DNA of 16,806 nt, from assembly GCA_965261975.1 (NCBI GenBank), contig CBDHEC010000054.1:1-16806 (forward strand), read 5' to 3'. Below, piece by piece: positions 1 to 7,567 of this stretch. The stretch's first letter is position 1. The number at the start of each line of letters is the position of its first letter. The position numbers and the translations under genes were made by a program. The DNA is from Alphaproteobacteria bacterium (GTDB lineage Bacteria > Pseudomonadota > Alphaproteobacteria > UBA6615). The notes under the pieces are model-generated. The model saw only the letters and a program-made list of their open reading frames with translations. It did no database searches and was not told the DNA's origin.

Positions 1-660
1 CAGGAGCTTCTTGGACATGCGCAGGGAATGACCCGGGTTGGCGGCGATCTTGCCCGCCAGAATATGCGCTTCGTCCATCAGGCTCTCATGGGGCACCACC
101 TGGGAGACCAGCCCGCATTCGAGCGCTTCTTCGGCACCGATCATGTCGCCGGTGAAGGTCATCTCGGCGGCCTTGGACATGCCCACCAGCTTGGGCAGCA
201 GGAACGCGCCGCCGTCGCCGGAGATGATGCCCAGCTTGGCGAAGCTCTCGGCAAAGCGGGCTTTCTCGGAAGCGATGCGGATGTCGCACATGCAGGCCAG
301 GTCGCAGCCCGCGCCCACGGCAGCACCATTCACCGCGGCGATGGTCGGCACCTCGATGTTGTAGAGGGTGAGCGGGATGTTGTGGATATCGCGCTTGTAG
401 TTGTTGCGGATCTGGTAGGGCCCGCCTTCCGACAGGCCCTTGCGGTCGCGCATGTCCTTCACGTTGCCGCCGGCGGAAAAGGCGCTGCCCGCGCCGGTGA
501 GGATCACGCATTTCACGCCGTCGTCGCGGCTGATCCGGTCCGTGGCGTCCAGGAAGGCTTCATACTGGCTCTCGCCCGATAGCGGGTTGCGCGCATCAGG
601 CTGGTTCATCGTCAGGGTGACGACCGCGCCGTCCTGTTCGTAGATCAGAAAATCGCTCAT
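1..660 (-). CDS. Enoyl-CoA hydratase/crotonase family protein (3' end runs off the window)
   Basis: Missing from the ORF track; translated by hand from ATG 660: MSDFLIYEQDGAVVTLTMNQPDARNPLSG...VILTGAGSAFSAGGNVKDM...PTIAAVNGAAVGAGCDLACMCDIRIASEKARFAESFAKLGIISGDGGAFLLPKLVG..., open to position 1. Crotonase motifs FSAGGN and AAVNG-A-GAG; SD AAGGAG upstream. Confidence 0.95.
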   Translation of the reverse strand, partial: MSDFLIYEQDGAVVTLTMNQPDARNPLSGESQYEAFLDATDRISRDDGVKCVILTGAGSAFSAGGNVKDMRDRKGLSEGGPYQIRNNYKRDIHNIPLTLYNIEVPTIAAVNGAAVGAGCDLACMCDIRIASEKARFAESFAKLGIISGDGGAFLLPKLVGMSKAAEMTFTGDMIGAEEALECGLVSQVVPHESLMDEAHILAGKIAANPGHSLRMSKKLL

Positions 661-675
661 CTTGCGCTCCTTCGT

Positions 676-749
676 TAGCCTCACCCTGCGACAGGCTCAG
701 GGTGAGGCTATTTTTAACCCCTCATGCTGAGCCTGTCGAAGCATGAGGG
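676..749. repeat. Pair of inverted REP-like palindromes (BIME-like doublet)
   Basis: Hairpin 1: TAGCCTCACCCTG (676-688) / CAGGGTGAGGCTA (698-710), perfect 13 bp. Hairpin 2: CCCTCATGCT (719-728) / AGCATGAGGG (740-749), perfect 10 bp. The two units are near reverse complements of each other (CGACAGGCTCAG vs CTGAGCCTGTCG). Confidence 0.85.
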
Positions 750-770
750 CCGGGAGCGGTGAGGGAGTGG

Positions 771-1556
771 TCAGTCGTAAGCGGCGCCCGGGTCGTCGAC
801 GAGGCTTTTTCCACCCTCGGGCACATAGAGCGCCTCGACGCGCAGGCCCAAATCGAGGACGCGAATGGCCTCGATGTTTTCGTCGAGCTCACGGTCCGAC
901 GGCGGTTCGCGGACGATGCGGTCGAGTGCGGAGCGCCGATACAGGTAGACAGGAATGTGGGTATACACACCGTCCGACCCGAGCCGACCGGTGTCGCGCG
1001 AGAATTGCTCGATCGTTCCGACCTTGGCTTCCGGCATCACGTAGACCTTGCGGTTTTCGTTCCATTCGACCTTGACCTTCGGTGCGTCATCTCCGGCATC
1101 GTCGGTGAGCGGCCCGACGAGGGTTGCCATCGCCACGTCGCTCGACGCCAGCGGATACATCAGCGCACGCAAGTAGCGCACATCGATGTCTGCGAAGTGC
1201 TCCGGCATGTGGATGATCAGGTCGTGATTGCAGTGCCGATCGAACCGCGTGACCGTGTGGGCCACCCGCGCGAGTCCGGAGGGCATCTTGTAATTATGCG
1301 TGGGCGGAATCTCGCTCAAATCCGTCCGCACGGTGTAGGCGCCGGCCTCGCGGGCGGCGGCTTCCGAGGCATCGTCATGACAGTCGACAATCGCGCAGCC
1401 GATATCGGCCGCCTCCGCGCGGCGCACGGCCGTGGCGATGTTCGAGTGGTCGGAGGTGATACTGCCGCGCGCGTTTGCCTTGCGCGCGGCAGTGTCGATC
1501 CTCGACGAAACCACAACTAGTGGGTTCCGTTCCATACGGCGGGGTTCTTCCGACAC
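771..1556 (-). CDS. Divergent KdsB-like (CMP-Kdo synthetase / cytidylyltransferase fold) protein with degenerate catalytic motifs
   Basis: Collinear with KdsB over its length: NPLVVVSSR (IIPAR), RRAEAADIG, PSGLARV (SGTxR), MATL, FSR, HIPVYLYRR (HIGIYAYR), PPSDRELDENIEAIRVLDLGLRV (SPLExxExLEQLRxL), VDD (VDT). GTG 1556 directly abuts the upstream stop; alternative ATG at 1535 (MERNPLVVV). Confidence 0.8.
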   Translation of the reverse strand: MSEEPRRMERNPLVVVSSRIDTAARKANARGSITSDHSNIATAVRRAEAADIGCAIVDCHDDASEAAAREAGAYTVRTDLSEIPPTHNYKMPSGLARVAHTVTRFDRHCNHDLIIHMPEHFADIDVRYLRALMYPLASSDVAMATLVGPLTDDAGDDAPKVKVEWNENRKVYVMPEAKVGTIEQFSRDTGRLGSDGVYTHIPVYLYRRSALDRIVREPPSDRELDENIEAIRVLDLGLRVEALYVPEGGKSLVDDPGAAYD

Positions 1557-2903
1557 CTATTTGTGGGTCGGATAACCCGCGACCGACGGATGATGGAAGT
1601 CGCCGACACGGTAGTTGCCGACCGCTTCTTCCATGTGCTCCATCTTCGTGAAGATGATGGGGCCATCCGGGCCGACGAGCACATTCTCTTCCAGACGACA
1701 GGTCTGTGGGAGGCCCGGGTGGCCGGCAAAGGTTTCGATGGCGAAGTACATGTTCTCCTTGATCTCCGCCGGATACTTCAGCGAGTAGGCGCGGCTCATC
1801 CACATGCCCTCGTAGAGGGTGATGCCGATCGAGTGCGCGAACTGCTGGAGGGTCACGGTCCCGTACTTGTCATCGTCATACTCGGGGAACTTCGAGACCA
1901 CATCGGCCGTCGTGTTGCCCGGCTTCAGGTTCTCGAGGCCCGCATACAGGGAGTCGTAGGTCTCCCGATACAGGTCGATTTCCTGCTGGGTCATCGGCGC
2001 GGCGCACTTGAACGTGCGGACGAAGTCGACATAGTAGCCGCCCGGTCCAACCGCGTTGATGTCAACGATCATGAGGTCGCCCTGCTGGACGATCTTGTCG
2101 GTCGCCCAACGGCGATACGGGCTGGTGTTACCACCCGATGCGACGATGATGTCGTAGATGATCTCGCAGCCGCGATCGAGCATGAACTTGTGGACTTCCG
2201 CCTCGATCTGACGCTCGGTCACACCCGGACGCAGCCACTCATGCTTGATGTGCCACATGGCTGCATCGCCGATGGCGGCGGACATCTTGATCTGCTCGAT
2301 CTCGTCGACCGTCTTCACGACGCGCGCGCGTGACATGGCCGGCCAGCCGTTGACGATGCGCAGGCCCGCCTTCTCGAAGGCGTGCAGGATCGGGAAGTCG
2401 AGGTTGTCGACGCCGATCTTTTCCTTCTCGACGCCGTGCTCCTTGAGCACTTCCATCACCGAGGCGACCATCTTGTCGGCCATCTCGCTGACCGCGCCCT
2501 CGGCCCACTGCCAGGTCATGGCCGGGCGAATCCGGTCCTTCATCCACGGCAGGTCGAGCATGGCGTTGCGCATGTCCGAACCGGCGGTCTCGAAGAGATA
2601 CGGCTCGCCGTTGCGCGGGATCACCGCGTAGCGGATGTTGATGTTGTATTTCCAGTTACCCTGGTAGGACCCGGTGAGATAGCGGATGTTCGCGCCAGCG
2701 AACACGACCATTGCGCCCAGATCGTCGGCTTCCATCTCCGCGCGCGCGCGTGCGAGACGCTCCTGGCGCATGCGCTCGTGATCGACACGATACTGCCAGT
2801 CGGTACCGGTGCCGCTGAAGAGGCGCCGCGGGTTGTTGTGGTGGGCTTCCTGGATGAAACTCGTATCGAGATCATAGCCGCTATAGTCTTTGTTGAACGA
2901 CAT
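1557..2903 (-). CDS. M24 family (creatinase N-domain plus pita-bread domain) metallopeptidase-like enzyme, DddP-related
   Basis: 448 aa; RLARARAEM..NIRYLTG N-domain, ARVVKTVDEIE linker, LRPGVTE, metal ligands D (VDINAVG), D (YYVDFVRT), H (FAHSIG), E (FAIET), E (RLEENVLV). SD GAGGAG upstream. Confidence 0.9.
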   Translation of the reverse strand: MSFNKDYSGYDLDTSFIQEAHHNNPRRLFSGTGTDWQYRVDHERMRQERLARARAEMEADDLGAMVVFAGANIRYLTGSYQGNWKYNINIRYAVIPRNGEPYLFETAGSDMRNAMLDLPWMKDRIRPAMTWQWAEGAVSEMADKMVASVMEVLKEHGVEKEKIGVDNLDFPILHAFEKAGLRIVNGWPAMSRARVVKTVDEIEQIKMSAAIGDAAMWHIKHEWLRPGVTERQIEAEVHKFMLDRGCEIIYDIIVASGGNTSPYRRWATDKIVQQGDLMIVDINAVGPGGYYVDFVRTFKCAAPMTQQEIDLYRETYDSLYAGLENLKPGNTTADVVSKFPEYDDDKYGTVTLQQFAHSIGITLYEGMWMSRAYSLKYPAEIKENMYFAIETFAGHPGLPQTCRLEENVLVGPDGPIIFTKMEHMEEAVGNYRVGDFHHPSVAGYPTHK

Positions 2904-2996
2904 TTTGTTGGTTTCTCCTCGTCAGTTTTATGTCTGAAAAATCGTGTGGGGTGCGGGCGGCCTTATGATGCCGTCCGTGTCTTTCGTGATTTGGGG

Positions 2997-3497
2997 CTAG
3001 TTGTGCATGGTCTCCGGCATGGCCTGCGGGCTGTCGACGAGACACCGACGAAGCATGTCGTCGATGTGGTCCCAGTCGGCATCTGCGTTGGTGAACCGGA
3101 TTTGTTGAATTCGATCGCCGAAGACGGGGTGCCAGTCGCGGTTCGTGATTGTTTCGGCAAGCGATCGGGGCGTGGCGTGGGCGTCGGTGCGGCTCGCCAT
3201 CCAATAGCCCGCGGGTCGATAGGCGGCGACGCCTTCGACGATGCGAAGCCGGAAGCAGATATCGGGCTGAGAATCGATCCAGAACACCCCTTCGGCGGTA
3301 AGATCGTTCGGCCACATTTGCCCGATCAGGCAGAGCGCGTTGAGGGCGGCGAATGGCCGGCGATCCTCGAACAGGCGCCCATGGTCGGACATGGTTGGTG
3401 CGGTGGGAGATGTGATTGCGCCGACATAGAGCTCGCCCGGTGCTTCGGGCGATACGTCGTCGTTCGGCATCAGCAGTACTGCCATCGATCTTCCCAT
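2997..3497 (-). CDS. Hypothetical protein (about 157-166 aa)
   Basis: 3' part of ORF 2997..3857. It fills the gap between the M24 gene and the AT-rich intergenic region, is co-directional with M24 and has protein-like composition (ELYVGAIT..FAALNALCLIGQMWP..FWID..FRLRIVEG..YWM..DWHPVFG). Start uncertain (ATG 3497, 3485 or 3470). No recognised domain. Confidence 0.6.
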   Translation of the reverse strand: MGRSMAVLLMPNDDVSPEAPGELYVGAITSPTAPTMSDHGRLFEDRRPFAALNALCLIGQMWPNDLTAEGVFWIDSQPDICFRLRIVEGVAAYRPAGYWMASRTDAHATPRSLAETITNRDWHPVFGDRIQQIRFTNADADWDHIDDMLRRCLVDSPQAMPETMHN

Positions 3498-3675
3498 GTG
3501 GTCGCCGCACAGCCCGGCGAACCTGCGGTTCAAGGTAACGGTATAACAAAACGGGTTAATATATAACGTTTCGCTCTCAAGCAACCCGTCATCAATATCG
3601 TGCGCGGCACAAGACTTTGCGATTTGGTAAGCAAAACTGCGGTGTTTCGCTAAACTGACGTTTGGAGCGTCTCCC
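3498..3675. promoter_or_regulatory. Divergent AT-rich promoter region with imperfect palindrome GTTAATATATAAC
   Basis: Lies between divergent gene sets and is markedly AT-rich at 3535-3660. Palindrome at 3555-3567; GTTTCGCT occurs at 3568-3575 and 3644-3651; SD GGAG before ATG 3676. Confidence 0.55.
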
Positions 3676-4833
3676 ATGCGATCATTCGCCTTCGAACCCT
3701 GCGAACTGCCCCCCGTTGCCGGGACGCTGCGGGCCGAGGTGCGCGCGTTCCTGGAGGCCGAGGCCGCGGATATCCTGGTGCCGGCGCGGGCCCGATCCTG
3801 GGTCGGGTTCGATGCGGAATTCTCGCGCAAACTGGGTGAGCGGGGCTGGCTGGGCATGACCTGGCCCGCGCCCTATGGTCCGGGCCGCAGCGCGCTGGAG
3901 CGTTACGTCGTCATCGAGGAGCTGTTGGCCGCCGGCGCGCCCGTGGCCGCCCACTGGATCGCCGAACGCCAGAGCGGGCCGCTGATCCTGCGGTTCGGAA
4001 CCGACGAACAACGCGAAATGCTGCTGCCGGGGATTGCCGCCGGCGAGACCTATTTCTGCATCGGCATGAGCGAACCGGATTCCGGTTCGGACCTCGCCTC
4101 GATCCGCTCGAAGGCGGAACCAGCGGAGGTAAATGGCGAGAAGGGTTGGGTCGTCAATGGCCGCAAGGTCTGGACCACCTACGCCCAGCATTCCCACTAC
4201 ATGATTGCGCTGCTGCGCACGGGCGAGGCCGGCGAGAGCCGCCACGGCGGAACGACGCAGTTCGTCATCGACCTTTCGGCACCCGGCGTGACCGTGCAGC
4301 CGATCCGCAACATGATCGGCGATGAGGAGTTCAACGAGGTCACCTTCGACGATGTATTCGTGCCCGCGGGCATGCTGGTGGGCGAAGAGGGGAATGGCTG
4401 GCGCCAGGTGACGGCGGAACTCGCCTTCGAACGCAGCGGGCCGGATCGTTTCCTGAGCGCCTTCGCGCTGCTCAAGGCGTTGGTGCATGTGGCCGGGGAG
4501 AACCCCTCCGATATGGCCGCCGCCGCGATTGGTCGGTTGCACGCCCATCTCGGCACGCTGCGGGGCATGTCCCTGTCGGTGGCCGCCCAGCTCGACGCGG
4601 GCGCGGAACCGGCACTGGAGGCGGCCTTCGTGAAGGATCTCGGGGTGATGTTCGAGCAATCCATTCCCGAGATCGCCCATCAGGTGATCGGTGCGTCGCC
4701 GCGGATCGACCATGGCGACGATTTCGAGCAGGCACTCGCCTACGTGCAGCAGGCTTGCGTGTCGTTTTCCTTGCGTGGCGGCACCACCGAGATCATGCGG
4801 GGCGTCATCGCCCGAGGGCTGGGGCTGCGATGA
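3676..4833 (+). CDS. Acyl-CoA dehydrogenase (catalytic-type subunit)
   Basis: 385 aa; GWLGMTWP..YG, FCIGMSEPDSGSDLAS, WVVNGRKVWTT, FNEVTFDDVFVP, GEEGNGW, LAFERSG (Glu), RGGTTEIMR. Confidence 0.95.
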   Translation: MRSFAFEPCELPPVAGTLRAEVRAFLEAEAADILVPARARSWVGFDAEFSRKLGERGWLGMTWPAPYGPGRSALERYVVIEELLAAGAPVAAHWIAERQSGPLILRFGTDEQREMLLPGIAAGETYFCIGMSEPDSGSDLASIRSKAEPAEVNGEKGWVVNGRKVWTTYAQHSHYMIALLRTGEAGESRHGGTTQFVIDLSAPGVTVQPIRNMIGDEEFNEVTFDDVFVPAGMLVGEEGNGWRQVTAELAFERSGPDRFLSAFALLKALVHVAGENPSDMAAAAIGRLHAHLGTLRGMSLSVAAQLDAGAEPALEAAFVKDLGVMFEQSIPEIAHQVIGASPRIDHGDDFEQALAYVQQACVSFSLRGGTTEIMRGVIARGLGLR

Positions 4834-5807
4834 GCGAGGAACGCACCCTGATCGCCGAGACCTGCGACCGCCTGTTTGCCGCGCACCTCGATGAAGATGT
4901 GTTTCGTGCGGCGGAGGATGGAGAGTTTCCCCACGCCCTGTGGGACGCGATCACCGAAAACGGCCTCGACCGGATTCTGATGCCGGAAGCGCAAGGCGGC
5001 AGTGGGCTGGGTTGGGAAGATGCCCATGTGGTGCTGTTTGCCGCCGGGGCGCATGCTGCCCCGGTGCCGCTGGCCGAGGCGATCGCCGCGGGCTGGCTGA
5101 TGCGCCAGGACGGCGTACCCGCTGTGCCCGATGGGATCGTCACCCTGGCCGACCCCGAGATGTTGCGGGTGCCCTGGGGTCGGGATGCGAGCCACTTGCT
5201 GATTTCAGGCGCGGATAATGTGCTGCATTGTTTAAGTTTGGGGGGCGCCGCCATCACACGCGACCGGAACATCGGCCGCGACCCGCGTGACCGCGTAATC
5301 GTGGAAGGCGTGATGACGGAGTATCGCGGTGTGAACGAGATTCAGGCGGCCGGTGCGCTCGTGCGGTCGTGCCAGATGGCGGGCGCGGTCTCGGCCGTGC
5401 TCGACCTGTGCGTCGCCTACACCAATGAACGGGTACAGTTTGGCCGGCCGATCGGGCGGTTCCAGGCGATCCAGCAGCAGCTGGCGGTGATGGCCGCCGA
5501 GGCGGCAGCAGCGGGCGTGGCGGCGCGTGAGGCCTGCCGGATGGTCGATGCCGGGGGCAGTATCATCGCGGCGGCCGCCACGGCGAAGATTCGCACGGGC
5601 GAGGCGGCGGGCAAGGCCGCCAACATCGCTCACCAGGTGCATGGCGCAATCGGATTCACCGACGAGTACCGTCTGCATCACCTGACACGGCGGCTATGGG
5701 CCTGGCGGTCCGAATTTGGTGCGGAGGGCGCCTGGGCAGGTCTGCTCGGCCGCTTGGTGGCCGCGCGGGGCGCGGACAATCTCTGGCCGGATTTGACGGA
5801 CGGCTGA
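4830..5807 (+). CDS. Acyl-CoA dehydrogenase, short partner subunit
   Basis: Start MSEERTLIAET at ATG 4830, overlapping the upstream TGA (ATGA); 325 aa. PEAQGGSGL, YTNERVQFGRPIGRFQAIQQQLA, AHQVHGAIGFTDEY; middle domain shortened and lacks SEP-GSD. Confidence 0.92.
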   Translation: MSEERTLIAETCDRLFAAHLDEDVFRAAEDGEFPHALWDAITENGLDRILMPEAQGGSGLGWEDAHVVLFAAGAHAAPVPLAEAIAAGWLMRQDGVPAVPDGIVTLADPEMLRVPWGRDASHLLISGADNVLHCLSLGGAAITRDRNIGRDPRDRVIVEGVMTEYRGVNEIQAAGALVRSCQMAGAVSAVLDLCVAYTNERVQFGRPIGRFQAIQQQLAVMAAEAAAAGVAAREACRMVDAGGSIIAAAATAKIRTGEAAGKAANIAHQVHGAIGFTDEYRLHHLTRRLWAWRSEFGAEGAWAGLLGRLVAARGADNLWPDLTDG

Positions 5808-5851
5808 CAGCCGTTACAAAGTCGGTGCTACACAGGTCCCGGGGATTTCCT

Positions 5852-6688
5852 ATGCAGTTCGTGAGTTATATCGGCGCCGACGGTGCGACATGGGGGCTCG
5901 TTGAAGGCGACGGCGTGATTGATCTCGGCGTGCGGGGCCCACATGTTAGCCTCAAGGCGGCGATCGCTGCCGGGGGTTTGATGGAGATCGGCGCGGCGAC
6001 CCAGGGAGAAAGCCCCGACGCGGCCCTGGCCGACATCGCCTATCTGCCGACCATCCCCGACCCGACCCACATGTTTTGCGCGGGCAAGAACTACAAGGAT
6101 CATGTGGAGGAGATGGGCTTCGAGATGCCCGACAATCTCTCGCTGTTCCTCAAGGCCAACTCGACGCTGGTACCCCATGGCGGTGCGATGATCCGGCCCC
6201 GTGTGTCCGAGTGTCTGGATTTCGAGGGCGAGATCTGCGCCGTGATCGGCCGCGAGACGCGCCATGTGTCCGAGGCCGAGGCGCTGGATTGCATCGCCGG
6301 CTACACGATCATGGTCGATGGCTCCGTGCGCGACATCCAGAAGCATTCGGTGACGGCGGGGAAAAACTTCGTGGGCACCGGGCCGTTGGGCCCGGTGATG
6401 ACCACGGCAGACGAGATTCCCGACCCGTCCCGGCTCCACGTCACGACCCGGCTTAACGGCGAGGTGGTTCAGGATTGCGGCGCGGATATGCTGATTTTCG
6501 ATATTCCGTATATCATCGCCTATGTGTCCCGGATCACGCCGCTGCAGCCCGGCGATGTGATCGCGACGGGATCGCCCGCCGGGTCCGGCGCGGGACGCGA
6601 ACCGCTGCTCTGGATGAAGGGTGGCGACAAATTAGAGGTCGAGGTGCCGAAAATCGGGACGCTGGCGGTCGATATCGTCGATGAATAG
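5852..6688 (+). CDS. Fumarylacetoacetate hydrolase (FAH) family protein, paralog 1
   Basis: Start MQFVSY at 5852 (278 aa), chosen by collinearity with the next gene. CAGKNYKDH, DFEGE, DGSVRD, GKNF, GPLGP, PGDVIATGSP. Confidence 0.93.
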   Translation: MQFVSYIGADGATWGLVEGDGVIDLGVRGPHVSLKAAIAAGGLMEIGAATQGESPDAALADIAYLPTIPDPTHMFCAGKNYKDHVEEMGFEMPDNLSLFLKANSTLVPHGGAMIRPRVSECLDFEGEICAVIGRETRHVSEAEALDCIAGYTIMVDGSVRDIQKHSVTAGKNFVGTGPLGPVMTTADEIPDPSRLHVTTRLNGEVVQDCGADMLIFDIPYIIAYVSRITPLQPGDVIATGSPAGSGAGREPLLWMKGGDKLEVEVPKIGTLAVDIVDE

Positions 6689-6709
6689 TCGGGACGGGGG
6701 ACGAAACGC

Positions 6710-7549
6710 ATGAAGTTCATCAGTTACAAGCTGGGCGATGCCGCCACATGGGGGCTTGTCCGCCAGGACGGGGTCGTCGACCTGGGTGCGCGCGGGCCGC
6801 ACAAGACCCTGCGCGCGGCCATCGCGGCGGGAGGTCTCATGTCACTCGGCGAAGCCGGGATGTCGGGCGACCCCGACACCGTGCTGCCCGACGTGACCTT
6901 CCTGCCGGTGATCACCGACCCGGACAAGATTTTCTGCGCCGGCCTCAACTACAAGGACCATGTCACGGAGACCAACAACACCCTGCCGGGCGAGCTGCAG
7001 CTGTTCATGCGCTCGACCAACACGCTCGTCGGCCATTGCGCCGAGATGGAGCGGCCGAAGGTCTCGGACAATTACGATTTCGAGGGCGAGCTCACGGCGA
7101 TCATCGGCAAGGGGGGACGCCATATCGGCGAAGCCGACGCGCTCGATCATGTCGCCGGCTACACCATCTTCATCGATGGTAGCGTGCGCGACTATCAGAA
7201 GCACTCGGTGACGGCGGGCAAGAATTTCTACAAGTCCGGCCCGCTCGGGCCCTGGATGGTGAGCGCGGACGAGATTCCCGACCCGGCGTCGATGGAGCTA
7301 ACCACCCGGCTTAATGGCGAGGTGGTACAGCATTCCACGACCGACATGTTGCTTTTCGACCTGCCCTATATCATTTCCTACATCTCGCGGTTGACGCCGC
7401 TGGAGCCGGGCGACGTGATCGCGACGGGGACGCCGAGCGGCGTTGGCGCGCGGCGCAATCCGCCGCTATGGATGAAGGCGGGCGACCGGATCGAGGTCGA
7501 GATTTCAAAGATCGGCACCCTGTGGGCCGATGTCGTTGACGAAGTTTAG
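6710..7549 (+). CDS. Fumarylacetoacetate hydrolase (FAH) family protein, paralog 2
   Basis: 279 aa; CAGLNYKDH, DFEGEL, DGSVRD, GKNF, GPLGPW, PGDVIATGTPSGVG. Confidence 0.95.
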   Translation: MKFISYKLGDAATWGLVRQDGVVDLGARGPHKTLRAAIAAGGLMSLGEAGMSGDPDTVLPDVTFLPVITDPDKIFCAGLNYKDHVTETNNTLPGELQLFMRSTNTLVGHCAEMERPKVSDNYDFEGELTAIIGKGGRHIGEADALDHVAGYTIFIDGSVRDYQKHSVTAGKNFYKSGPLGPWMVSADEIPDPASMELTTRLNGEVVQHSTTDMLLFDLPYIISYISRLTPLEPGDVIATGTPSGVGARRNPPLWMKAGDRIEVEISKIGTLWADVVDEV

Positions 7550-7567
7550 AGGCGGGAGGAACCAGCC

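Noticed and set aside
676-720. Intrinsic terminator (13-bp stem plus TTTTT)
   Set aside because: The T-tract is on + while both flanking genes are on -; better explained as a REP unit, though it might still impede transcription.
771-1556. Calling the gene kdsB, or a pseudogene
   Set aside because: The catalytic motifs are missing, so kdsB is unsupported; the frame is intact with selectively conserved motifs, so pseudogene is also unsupported.
1557-2903. Calling the M24 gene dddP or pepP
   Set aside because: It lacks the DddP DTD and LCDE motifs and the second His of PepP.
3605-3621. Sigma-54-like promoter CGGCACAAGACTTTGCG
   Set aside because: The GG to GC spacing is 11 nt, whereas sigma-54 requires 10.
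3498-3857. N-terminal part of ORF 2997..3857
   Set aside because: It overlaps the ACAD gene antisense and crosses the AT-rich promoter region; a downstream ATG is more plausible.
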